64,000 bases of DNA from Thermoproteota archaeon (GTDB lineage: Archaea; Thermoproteota; Thermoprotei; Thermofilales; B9-G17): assembly GCA_029258885.1 (NCBI GenBank), contig JAPDJW010000003.1:98718-162717 (forward strand). Direction: 5' to 3'. Shown here in pieces: positions 52,793 to 62,179 of this stretch. The notes under the pieces were generated by a model. That model saw nothing but the letters and a program-made list of their open reading frames with translations, was not told the DNA's origin and searched no databases. How positions within the stretch are numbered: the stretch's first letter is position 1; every line of letters begins with the position of its first letter. The position numbers and the translations under genes are program-made.

Positions 52793-54772
52793 TCCTACTT
52801 CAAAGTCTACAACACAGATCCAAGTTTAAAGTCGTATATAATAGATGTAACGAACATTGTTAAGCAGTGGCACAGCGGAACAAGGAAAAACTATGGCATC
52901 ATAATACGGCCATCAGGCACGGCAAATGGAATCGTATGGTTCTACACCAGCGATCACTCATACACCCAGAATCATCCAAAACTCATAATCGAATACTATC
53001 TACCAAGCATAGACGTTTCAGCCTCACCCTCAATCAGAACAGTTGCACAGGGAGATACAACGACATTCCAAGTAGCAGTTTCAGCCCTATACTACAGTGG
53101 AACAGTACAGCTAAGCGTAACGGGGCTACCCAGCGGAGTAACCTATTCATTCAACCCAACACAGGACACACCGCCCTTCAACTCCGTCCTGACGATAACA
53201 ACATCATCAACAACACCTACGGGAACCTACACCCTAACGATAAAGGGAATAGGCACAGGAGTATCAGATCAAACAACAGTTAAACTAAAGGTAGTACAGC
53301 CAGCAGCATTCACACTATCACTGGCGGATCTATCACTAACGATAGAACAGGGAGACAGTAGGACAACGACAATAACCGTTAATCCGGTGGCAGGATACAG
53401 TAAAAAGGTAACCTTAAGCTTAGCAAGCGCACCCTCAGGAGTAACAGCAACATTCGCAACAAACCCCGTAACACCAGGAGGATCAACAACAGTAACAGTC
53501 AAGGTATCAGCGTCAGCAATGCCAGGAACATATACAATAGTATTTAAGGGAGTAGGCGAAGACGGTAAAGAAGCAACAACCTCACTATCGCTAACGGTAG
53601 AGGAGAAGCTCTTCGACTTCGCAGTAACAGTATCACCCAACACGCTCGTAGTCAATGAGGGACAGGACGCAGTAATAACAGTAGACGTAAACCTAGTATC
53701 AGGAAGCGGAAAACCAGTAACACTATCGTTAACAGGACTACCATCCGGCACAACATACAGCTTCAGCACAACAACAGTAACGCCAACAGGATCATCAACA
53801 TTAACGATAAAGACGTCAGACCTAACCGGAACCTACACCGTAACAGTAAAAGGAACATACGGAGCAGCCGAAAAAACCGACAGCTTCACGCTTGAGGTTA
53901 AGGAGTTCGACTTCACAGTATCAATAAGCCCAAATAACGTAGAGATAAACCAAGGCGAAACGGCATCAATAATAGTAACAGTAAGCCTAGCATCGGGGGC
54001 AGCAAAAGAGGTAACGCTAACAGCAGTAGGAATACCAGCTGGGGCAACCTACTCATTCAATCCAAGCAAGGTTACGCCGCCAGGCTCATCAGTACTAACG
54101 ATAAACACTGGCTCAGCAAAAGGCTCATATACAATAGTAATTAAGGGAACAGGAGATGGAAAAGAGAGGACAGACACACTATTGATAAACATCAAGGAGA
54201 AGGCATGCTTCGTAGCAACAGCAACCTACGGCTCCGAAGTAAGTAACGAAGTAAACATACTCAGAGAATTCAGAGACGACATAGTATTATCAACCTACGC
54301 AGGACAGAGATTCTACGTAGCATTCGACGCATTCTACTACTCTTGGAGTCCACAGATAGCACAAGCAATACTAGCACACCAGGGTCTAATAGCACCACTA
54401 AGAATAACACTTTATCCGCTAATAGGAACACTACTGTTGGCAACATCGATAGCCACGCCAATAGCCCAAGTAAGCGGCGAACTAGCGGTATACCTAGCAA
54501 TGACGATAATATCGTCACTACTAGGAATAATATACCTGACACCATCAAACCTAATATTAAGCAAAATAACCAAAAAGAAAATATTCGCAAAGAAAACAGC
54601 TAAGAAACTAATCTACCTAACACTAGGACTACTAACAACATCAATAGCAGCACAAGCATTAACACTAGACATAATACTAACAGCAACAACATTCATCTAC
54701 GCCTTCACACTAGCAATAACATCAGCATACCTAACCACAACCTACATACTAGACATACGTAAAAGAAAGTAA
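52787..54772 (+). pseudogene. 5'-truncated paralog of the DNRLRE/Ig/CFI-box-CTERM gene (4 Ig-like repeats)
   Basis: Frame open 600 nt upstream of track ORF: PYSYFKVY..IDVTNIVKQWHSG..PSIDVSASPSIRTV matching paralog; no signal peptide or native start. Confidence 0.85.
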
Positions 54773-54958
54773 AACCTTCAAGCTGTTTCTAAAACAGAAA
54801 ACGGCACAAATCAAAACCTTTTTTATCCTAAAACCCCTACCTTCTAAAACTCAAATCTCCAGCAAAGCAGGCAGAAGATACTGTACGTCTTCAATAAATA
54901 GTCTTTAATACAAGGTTTTTGCGTAATACTTTTATTACTGTAATATGATAATTATCGC

Positions 54959-55204
54959 ATGGCAATTATAAGTGTTAGGGTAAGTGATGAAATCAAGAAA
55001 CGCATGGATAGGCTTAAACACATCAACTGGAGCGAAGTCATTAGAAGAGCAATAATTAAGACACTAGAGGAAGAGGAGGGGAGAAACCTAGCAAGAGCGG
55101 TACTACTAAACGAGAAAATCAGGAAAAAAGCACCTGAGGGATGGGATAGCACAGAGATAATTAGGTACTGGAGGCAACGTAGATATGGAGCGAATAGTAA
55201 GTGA
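54959..55204 (+). CDS. RHH (VapB-type) antitoxin
   Basis: IISVRVSDEIKKRM..INWSEVIRRAI..DSTEIIRYWR. Confidence 0.88.
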   Translation: MAIISVRVSDEIKKRMDRLKHINWSEVIRRAIIKTLEEEEGRNLARAVLLNEKIRKKAPEGWDSTEIIRYWRQRRYGANSK

Positions 55205-55607
55205 CGCAAGCGTAGTAGTCAAATGGTTCATACAAGAAAAACACTCAGATAAAGCTCTAAAACTAAGAGACATGCATGTAAACGGAGAAATCCTCATAGC
55301 CGCCCCAGAACTACTACCATTCGAAGTCTTAAATGCCCTAAAATACAGCCAGCTCTTCACCCTAGAAGAATTAAAAATGGCAGCTATATCCCTCTCAAGC
55401 TACGGCATAGAACTATATCCACTAAAAGGAAAACTCGCCGAAAAAACAGTAGAAATATCAGCTAAAAAAGACATAACAATCTACGACGCATCATACATAG
55501 CCCTAGCACAAGAACTAAAAACAATCCTATACACAGCCGACGATAAACTCATAAGAAAAATAGGAAAAGAATATGCCAAAAACATACTGCATGTATCCAA
55601 GATCTAA
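55185..55607 (+). CDS. vapC: VapC PIN-domain toxin
   Basis: VSDASVVVKWF, ITIYDASYIALA, YTAD. Confidence 0.92.
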   Translation: MERIVSDASVVVKWFIQEKHSDKALKLRDMHVNGEILIAAPELLPFEVLNALKYSQLFTLEELKMAAISLSSYGIELYPLKGKLAEKTVEISAKKDITIYDASYIALAQELKTILYTADDKLIRKIGKEYAKNILHVSKI

Positions 55608-55705
55608 ACCGTAACGTTAAAGACATTCATAATCAGTACTCCAGCAACCTTATCTAAATGTATCACAAGCTCTCTATCAGAGGCCATTTACAACCCGTAG
55701 AACCT

Positions 55706-56104
55706 TTAATCTCCAATATACACGACATCCCTTAAACCCTTAAACAGCCTATCCCCAGTAACTAGTTTAGTTCCCAAGATTCTCGCTATAGCCAATACGA
55801 CAGCATCCACCAGACTAGGCGTCCTAAGCTTCTCCCAACGCGCTCTCTCTAACAACTCAAAATAGACTTCAGCCGCCTTAAGAGCAACACTAGAATCCAC
55901 ACTAACGACTATGCTCTTAAACTCCATAAACCTAAGCCTCTTAACAACCTCCTCCCGACTAAACCCCTCCCTTAAATACTTCCTAGCAATTTCAGCTAAC
56001 ACTACATCAGGAGTATAAGCCCCTTTCTCCAGTAAGTCCTTAACCACCCTACCCTTAGGAGATCCCAGAAAATACTCCACCCATGCATAGGTATCAAGAA
56101 TCAT
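55706..56104 (-). CDS. vapC: VapC PIN-domain toxin
   Basis: MILDTYAWVEY, SLVDA, LVTGD. Confidence 0.92.
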   Translation of the reverse strand: MILDTYAWVEYFLGSPKGRVVKDLLEKGAYTPDVVLAEIARKYLREGFSREEVVKRLRFMEFKSIVVSVDSSVALKAAEVYFELLERARWEKLRTPSLVDAVVLAIARILGTKLVTGDRLFKGLRDVVYIGD

Positions 56105-56304
56105 AACCTATCCTCCATCCGATCCCTTGCAGAAAACGGCTTTAACCTACCCTTATCAACGCCAAACATATCCATAGGCAACCCTGCCTTTTCAAAAACC
56201 AGCCTCTCAATAACCTCATCAAAACTCTTAACTCCATACTCCCTCTTAAGAAGCTCAAGAAGCATACGAGTCCTTCTACTAACCTGAATAGTAGTAGACA
56301 CCAT
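56101..56304 (-). CDS. VapB-type antitoxin
   Basis: TTIQVSRRTR..KSFDEVIERL; ATGA overlap with toxin. Confidence 0.85.
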   Translation of the reverse strand: MVSTTIQVSRRTRMLLELLKREYGVKSFDEVIERLVFEKAGLPMDMFGVDKGRLKPFSARDRMEDRL

Positions 56305-56400
56305 ATATTATAAACTATAAACTACAATTTATAAACTTATCTAAAAGCCGAAAGCTTTTCATCTAAACCCTCGATTTTAAATCAAACAAAGCAGACTAAA

Positions 56401-59400
56401 TTACCTTTTAACACACACAGTATAGACGCCAGATCCCGAGCTATTCTCCAGATCATATGCAAGCCTCTTCAACGTATAATTTGAAGCTAAAATGAAAACC
56501 TGGGGCATACGTGAAAGATCCAAAACAATATCCTTAAGCCTATAGATGTCACTCCTCTTAACTATAACAGTCTCAGGCTCAATAAGAGGCATACCCAACA
56601 TACCGTAGAGCTCCCTAAAGCTTTCAACAAAAGAACTCCTATAACCATAAGGCAAAACAACAGCTATGCTATTCGGGGGATACTCCTTCTCAAGAAAATG
56701 AATAAGAGTTAAATAAGCCATAAACTCAGCTAACATCTTCTTATCCCTATAACGAACCCATAAATTTAGCCTTCCTTTCTTAATCAGGGTATTATACATC
56801 CTAAATACTTCAGTATCGACATAAGCTAGCTTCATCTTCTTTTCACTAATAAATTCCCTATATAAATCCTTGATAGATCTTGAAAGATACTCCTTAATCA
56901 ACATCCTAGCAACCTTATCCCTCTCATCAGCAGGCTTGCTCACAACAGTTTCAGCATAATTATTCATGTAGAATAATGCAACCATCTCGTAGAATTGCTC
57001 TCTCCTAACCAGATCATAGGCATCTCTCCTATTTATCTGAGGAACAAGGTAGTTTATGAGCACTGCCTCTTTGGCTCCAGTTATCCTCAAACCCAATTCT
57101 TCCCCGTTACCTCCGGCTGGTTTAATTAATAATCGTAGATTTCCTGGAAGCCCTTCAGGAATAAATTTAACAAGGGCATCGTATCCACCATACAGCCCAA
57201 CCACATAAGCATCGTAAAGACTACCATCATGCTTCACATCTTTCAGCGTAGCTAAATAGAGATCTTTATTACCGATTTTGGCTATGCGAACTCCAGCGGA
57301 AACCTCATCATCAGTAACCACAAATCTATCATAAATTATATCATAGTCCAATATACCTAAGCGAGCCATAAGATTAAGGGATTTCCTAACACATGTATCC
57401 ACGCGTTCAGGCAACGTCCTCCCATATGCAACGTATTTCCACGTATTGCCATACATGAAGTTATGCACCAGAAGACAGAGAATAACCAACGGTATACGAG
57501 CATCCGTTCCAGCATATCTAGCGAGGAATTCGTGTATCACAAAGACAACCCTAGGATCTATAAAACCTCTCTTAAGCAGGGTATAACGCCTCCTAAAATC
57601 ATAGCCTGGCGAGAAAAGCATTACAGCCCTACAGAGTTCACCATCCCTGCCTCCTCTACCAATCTCCTGATAATAGTCCTCCACCGTCTCGGGCATAATA
57701 TAGTGGACAATCCACCTAATATTTGGTATATCCACGCCCATACCGAAAGCCTTAGTAGCCACAATAATCCTAGGATATCTAATTACACCTCTACTAACCA
57801 TATAAAGAGAATCCAATATACGCTTCTTCTCCCTCCTATCAAGCTGTCCATGGAAATACCCTACCTTCTCGTTCAACACCTGAGATAGATACTCAGCTAT
57901 AGTCTCAACGTTCTCATACTCTCTAGTCGATCTAACAAAGCCCGTATAAACTATACCTATCCAAGGCCTACCGCCCGAAACCTCCTCGCTCCAATCAATC
58001 AGATCCCTCACAACCTTAGCCAAATACCTAAGCTTACTCTCTCCAGCCGGAGCAGCCATAACGTTTATCGTAATATTATCCCTGAGAACAGGCCCCTTAA
58101 TCACCTTCACCTGAAACCTCATCTCGGCAACACTACGATCATAATCCGTGCTAAAATCTATCTCATCAATATCAAAACCCTCCGCACCAGACAGAAATTT
58201 TAATACCGCCTCAAGCTCGCTTGAAGGAAGAGTTGCCGTAAACCCAGCTATAGGGATCCAGAAACCCTCGCTTCTCCTCTTCCTGAGGTATTCGGCAAGA
58301 TACATGTAGCTAGGCCTAAAGCTCCTCCCCCATTTACTTAAAGTATGTATCTCGTCAAGAATAACGTAGTTTATATCAGCCTTCTCAAAGCTTCTCCTAA
58401 CAATCTCCTTCTGAAACTGCTCCGGCGTAATATACACAAGATCGTACTCGCCCCTAGCCAAACCCCTAATCAACCTACTCCTCGTAGAAGAATCAACTAA
58501 ACCAGTTATCCTACATACACGTATACCCCTCCTCCTAAGGCTATACACCTGATCCTCAATCAACGCCAGAAGCGGAGAAACAACAACAGTAGTACCTCCA
58601 ATCCTCCTCCTAAGCACCCTAGCAACAGACTGAAAAATCAGCGACTTACCAGATCCAGTAGGCAACAGAACTATCGTCAAAGGCATATTAACCCTAGACC
58701 CCTCCCTACAATAGGGCAAAAGAAGCCGAGCAACGCACCTTCTCTGATAAGGCCTAAGCCTAAAGCCCCACTTCTCAGCCACAACCTCCTCAACACGCCT
58801 CAAAGCATCATCTAAAGAATCAAAAACCACATAAGAAAGCTCCACGTCAACGTCATCCCTCGGCATAACAGTAATGTGATCAACATAGTCGTGTAGTCCA
58901 ACACTAGAGAGAATACCGTACTTGGCATTTAGAACGGTAAGTCCTATACCGCCATAATATGATGCTTCGATAAGCATTTTTAAGAACTCCTCCAGCCTCC
59001 TAGTACTAGCCAACCTAGCCCTAAGAGTCCTCAACGAGTAGAGAACAACCGAATACCTCCATCCAGCAAACCTACGCATATACCTGAGAACCTTAAGAGC
59101 CTTCGAACCGCCGACATTTAAAACAATAGCCTTACCCTTAACCTTAAAAGCCGCATCCCTAGCAATAAACTCCTCCGCCCTATTAGCGACAACAACCAGA
59201 GAACAACCTTCAGATACAATAGACGCTAGAATCCTGCCAAGATATCTAAAATGCCTAGAACTCTTATCCAACCCCTCCTCAACAACACGCAACACCCTCG
59301 GAGGCTTCTCAGGTGCCTCAATCAATACGTCGTAGAGATCGAAGTCCTGTGGAAACACCGTATGGAACACGACTTCATTGAAATTATCTTTAGCCCAGCT

Positions 59401-60666
59401 GAGAACCTCCCCCAGCCTACCTCCACAATACACCTTCAACAGATAAGCGCCAACAAACCTAATCCTACCAGCCTTTCCGCCACCAATCCTCCAGCGGGAA
59501 ATAAGATCATAAAGATGCCTATACTCAACCGAAAAGCCGCTCCGCAGATCAGGGAGAGGATTCTCAACACAAACCCTATCCAAGATATCCCTGAGAGAAT
59601 CCGCAATACTTCTATAGGGGATATAGAGCTCCCTCAACTCATCTACACTTCTACCGCCACCCCTCAGATAGGACTCAACAATAATCAAAGCCAACCTATC
59701 CGACATAGAATAGAGGGATGAACCTAAAGCCGCCAGCTTCTCACGGCTAACAACCAGCGGATACCAAGCATCAACACAATCATAAGCATCAAAAACCACA
59801 GCAACCTCAAAACTACTGCTACATTTAAACCTACTACGCCTAAAAACAAACTCCCTGGAAGGAACGTTAATAACCTTTAACCCGACCAAAGGATAGTAAT
59901 CAACACTCACGATGGCGTCCAGCAAGCCCTTACTCTTAGCAATCCCCACCAGATACGGCAGAATCATAGCAGAGGCATAAGCATCCTCATCAGCCACGTG
60001 AGGAGTATAATCAACACCAAAAACATCGCTTAAATATTCCAGCGAGTGAAAACGAGCCTCGGGAACCACAAGCAGAGACAACAGATAAGTATCAATCAAG
60101 GGAACACATAAATCCACACCCCAACCACGCAAAACCTCCAAGTCATGAAGAAAAACATTATGCCCAACAACAACCCTAAACCTACCCAAAAACTTCCTAA
60201 GAAAATTACGGGGCTCAACACCATATTTATCAACGAGAGCCTTAAAATCAGAAACCCTAAGCCTAAAAGCAACACTCCAATCACGGCTCCTAATAGCCAC
60301 AAAACCAATCTCCCTAGGCCTCCTCTCAAACACAACCTCAGTCTCAACATCCAAAGCAACAACATCAACGTCCAAATCCAAAATCCTAGCCCTAGGATCA
60401 TCAACACCAACAACACGAGTTAACTCAACAAACTTCTCAAACTCACCCCTAAAAAACAGAAAATTAAAAACCTCACCCAAAACAGCGGCCCCAACCCTAC
60501 GAGCCAAACCAGGCCTACCACGAACCAAACCATAAACTAAATCAACATCCCTTCTAACAAGAGCCTCCAGCAACAACCTCCTAAACCTAACCAAAGACCA
60601 ATACCTATAAACAAAATACAATAAAAGAAGAACAACCGCCAACAGCGGGATAACTTCAATCATCAT
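56401..60666 (-). CDS. N-terminal TM + DEDDh 3'-5' exonuclease + RecQ-family helicase fusion
   Basis: ALDVET, GHNVFLHD, IDT, PHVADEDA; PTGSGKS, SPLLALIEDQ, DEIH, WGRSFRPSY, TAT, ATKAFGMGVD, YYQEIGRGGRDG. Confidence 0.88.
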   Translation of the reverse strand: MMIEVIPLLAVVLLLLYFVYRYWSLVRFRRLLLEALVRRDVDLVYGLVRGRPGLARRVGAAVLGEVFNFLFFRGEFEKFVELTRVVGVDDPRARILDLDVDVVALDVETEVVFERRPREIGFVAIRSRDWSVAFRLRVSDFKALVDKYGVEPRNFLRKFLGRFRVVVGHNVFLHDLEVLRGWGVDLCVPLIDTYLLSLLVVPEARFHSLEYLSDVFGVDYTPHVADEDAYASAMILPYLVGIAKSKGLLDAIVSVDYYPLVGLKVINVPSREFVFRRSRFKCSSSFEVAVVFDAYDCVDAWYPLVVSREKLAALGSSLYSMSDRLALIIVESYLRGGGRSVDELRELYIPYRSIADSLRDILDRVCVENPLPDLRSGFSVEYRHLYDLISRWRIGGGKAGRIRFVGAYLLKVYCGGRLGEVLSWAKDNFNEVVFHTVFPQDFDLYDVLIEAPEKPPRVLRVVEEGLDKSSRHFRYLGRILASIVSEGCSLVVVANRAEEFIARDAAFKVKGKAIVLNVGGSKALKVLRYMRRFAGWRYSVVLYSLRTLRARLASTRRLEEFLKMLIEASYYGGIGLTVLNAKYGILSSVGLHDYVDHITVMPRDDVDVELSYVVFDSLDDALRRVEEVVAEKWGFRLRPYQRRCVARLLLPYCREGSRVNMPLTIVLLPTGSGKSLIFQSVARVLRRRIGGTTVVVSPLLALIEDQVYSLRRRGIRVCRITGLVDSSTRSRLIRGLARGEYDLVYITPEQFQKEIVRRSFEKADINYVILDEIHTLSKWGRSFRPSYMYLAEYLRKRRSEGFWIPIAGFTATLPSSELEAVLKFLSGAEGFDIDEIDFSTDYDRSVAEMRFQVKVIKGPVLRDNITINVMAAPAGESKLRYLAKVVRDLIDWSEEVSGGRPWIGIVYTGFVRSTREYENVETIAEYLSQVLNEKVGYFHGQLDRREKKRILDSLYMVSRGVIRYPRIIVATKAFGMGVDIPNIRWIVHYIMPETVEDYYQEIGRGGRDGELCRAVMLFSPGYDFRRRYTLLKRGFIDPRVVFVIHEFLARYAGTDARIPLVILCLLVHNFMYGNTWKYVAYGRTLPERVDTCVRKSLNLMARLGILDYDIIYDRFVVTDDEVSAGVRIAKIGNKDLYLATLKDVKHDGSLYDAYVVGLYGGYDALVKFIPEGLPGNLRLLIKPAGGNGEELGLRITGAKEAVLINYLVPQINRRDAYDLVRREQFYEMVALFYMNNYAETVVSKPADERDKVARMLIKEYLSRSIKDLYREFISEKKMKLAYVDTEVFRMYNTLIKKGRLNLWVRYRDKKMLAEFMAYLTLIHFLEKEYPPNSIAVVLPYGYRSSFVESFRELYGMLGMPLIEPETVIVKRSDIYRLKDIVLDLSRMPQVFILASNYTLKRLAYDLENSSGSGVYTVCVKR

Positions 60667-60673
60667 TTAATAT

Positions 60674-61654
60674 TATAACGCTCTTGTTTTTAGGTTAAAT
60701 GATTTATTGTTGTAATGCATTTATAGCATATGGATCAGGTTAAGCTTAAGCTAACCCTCACAGACGAGCAGGTAGTAGAGATGCTCCGAAAACACCGCTG
60801 GCCAAACGGCATAAAATGCCCATACTGCAAATCAAGCAAAATAGTCAAAAACGGCAAAGCACCAAACAAGCCATACCTCCAACGCTACCTATGCAGAGCC
60901 TGCGGCAGACAGTTCAGCGATACAACAGGCACACCCTTCGCCTGGACGGAGCTACCGCCAAGCGAAGTACTCACGATAGCATACCTATACTTCAAGCTGG
61001 GGATGAGCCAGCTAGCCATAGCTAGGGAGACCGGTAGGAGCAGAACAGCGGTCCGCCGAGTCGTCAAGCTATTCGGTAAAGCTATAGAGGCTTGGTTTCG
61101 AAAAATTGAGGCTGAGCGGGGAGGTTGAGGTCGATGAGGCCTACGTGCCTCTAGGCTGTAAGGGTAGGAGGCGGGCTACGCCTAGGCGTCGTGGCGGCGG
61201 TAGGCGTAGGGGTCGAGCAACCAACCGTAAGAAGCCCTTCTTTACTCTTGTTGAGCGCGGCTCCCGTAGGGCTCTCTTTCTAGCTGAGAAAGGCGTGTCG
61301 AGTAAGGTTGTTGCAGGCGTTTTGCTTAGGCATGTTGAGCGTGGTAGTGTGGTTTATACTGATGAGTTCCGCGGCTATGGGCGTGTGTCTGCTCTCGGCT
61401 ATGAGCATTTCTCGGTGAGGCATTCCAGCGGCGTTTACGCTGTTGGGCCTATGCATGTGAATGGTGCTGAGAGTGTGAATTGGCATTTAAGGGCTTTCCT
61501 CTTCTTTAAGCGTGGTGTATCGCTTTGGCAGGTGAATTTCTACGCTTATGCTACCTCCGCTTTCGTTAGGCTCTACGCAGATACGACGTTACATGCATGC
61601 CACTGGCTACTGGAGGTGATAGGTCAGAGCGTATTATTGTTTAAAAGCGTTATA
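60674..61654 (+). mobile_element. IS1595-family insertion sequence, transposase frameshifted
   Basis: RWPNGIKCPYC..CRAC Zn ribbon + HTH (60730-61128); VEVDEAY, YTDEF, HVNGAES (61106-61699); imperfect TIR TATAACGCTCTT / AAAAGCGTTATA (11/12); no TSD recognised. Confidence 0.85.
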
Positions 61655-61695
61655 GATGCTAGGGATTATGCATATATGTGTTTCGGATGCCTTAT
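61653..61695 (+). repeat. Inverted copy of 62818-62862
   Basis: 43 nt identical to the reverse complement of the 45-nt source except for one missing GT. Confidence 0.95.
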
Positions 61696-61714
61696 TTAAG
61701 AAGAAGTTTGTCCG

Positions 61715-62119
61715 TTAAATAGTGATCTTTTCAACTATTCCCCTTTAAATCATAAGCTCTTCTTTTTAAATCCTTTACAGCCGCCCTCACAGCTCATCAT
61801 TGTTCATAAGCTTTTCTCTTAATATATTTAACAAACCAACGATATGGAATTTCCTCAAATGAAGGTATAATCAAATCTATTATTTCACTCCAATCATCCG
61901 GTATATCATCAAATTCCTCAGCAATAATCTCAAGAGCAGGAATAAGCAAAGCCGCTATTTTATCCTCCCTCCGTAACCGATCAAAAGAATTTCCTTATCA
62001 AAATCTTCAGGATAGCCATGCTACTCAAAGAACTTATAAATAAGATACCAGTCTCTAGGATTCAGCGAATTCTTCTCCATAATATCCAAACTTGAAAAAT
62101 CAGCAAGAATATTTGACAC
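61715..62119 (-). pseudogene. Decayed ORF of unknown function
   Basis: Protein-like frames NPRDWYLIYKFFE*HGYPEDFDKE / DRLRREDKIAALLIPALEIIAEEFDDIPDDWSEII broken by stops and a frameshift. Confidence 0.5.
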
Positions 62120-62179
62120 ATAAGTTAAATTAAAGTACTATACTTGAATTGCTTATGCTTCGATTACCGTTTATTAATC

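Noticed and set aside
52867-53769. 138-aa plus and 166-aa minus ORFs
   Set aside because: Alternate frames of the truncated DNRLRE/Ig paralog
57463-60423. Plus-strand N/P/T/K-rich ORFs
   Set aside because: By-products of A/C skew opposite the helicase gene
61095-61128. Programmed -1 frameshift in transposase
   Set aside because: Downstream ORF is in the +1 frame; a single-base insertion is the simpler explanation
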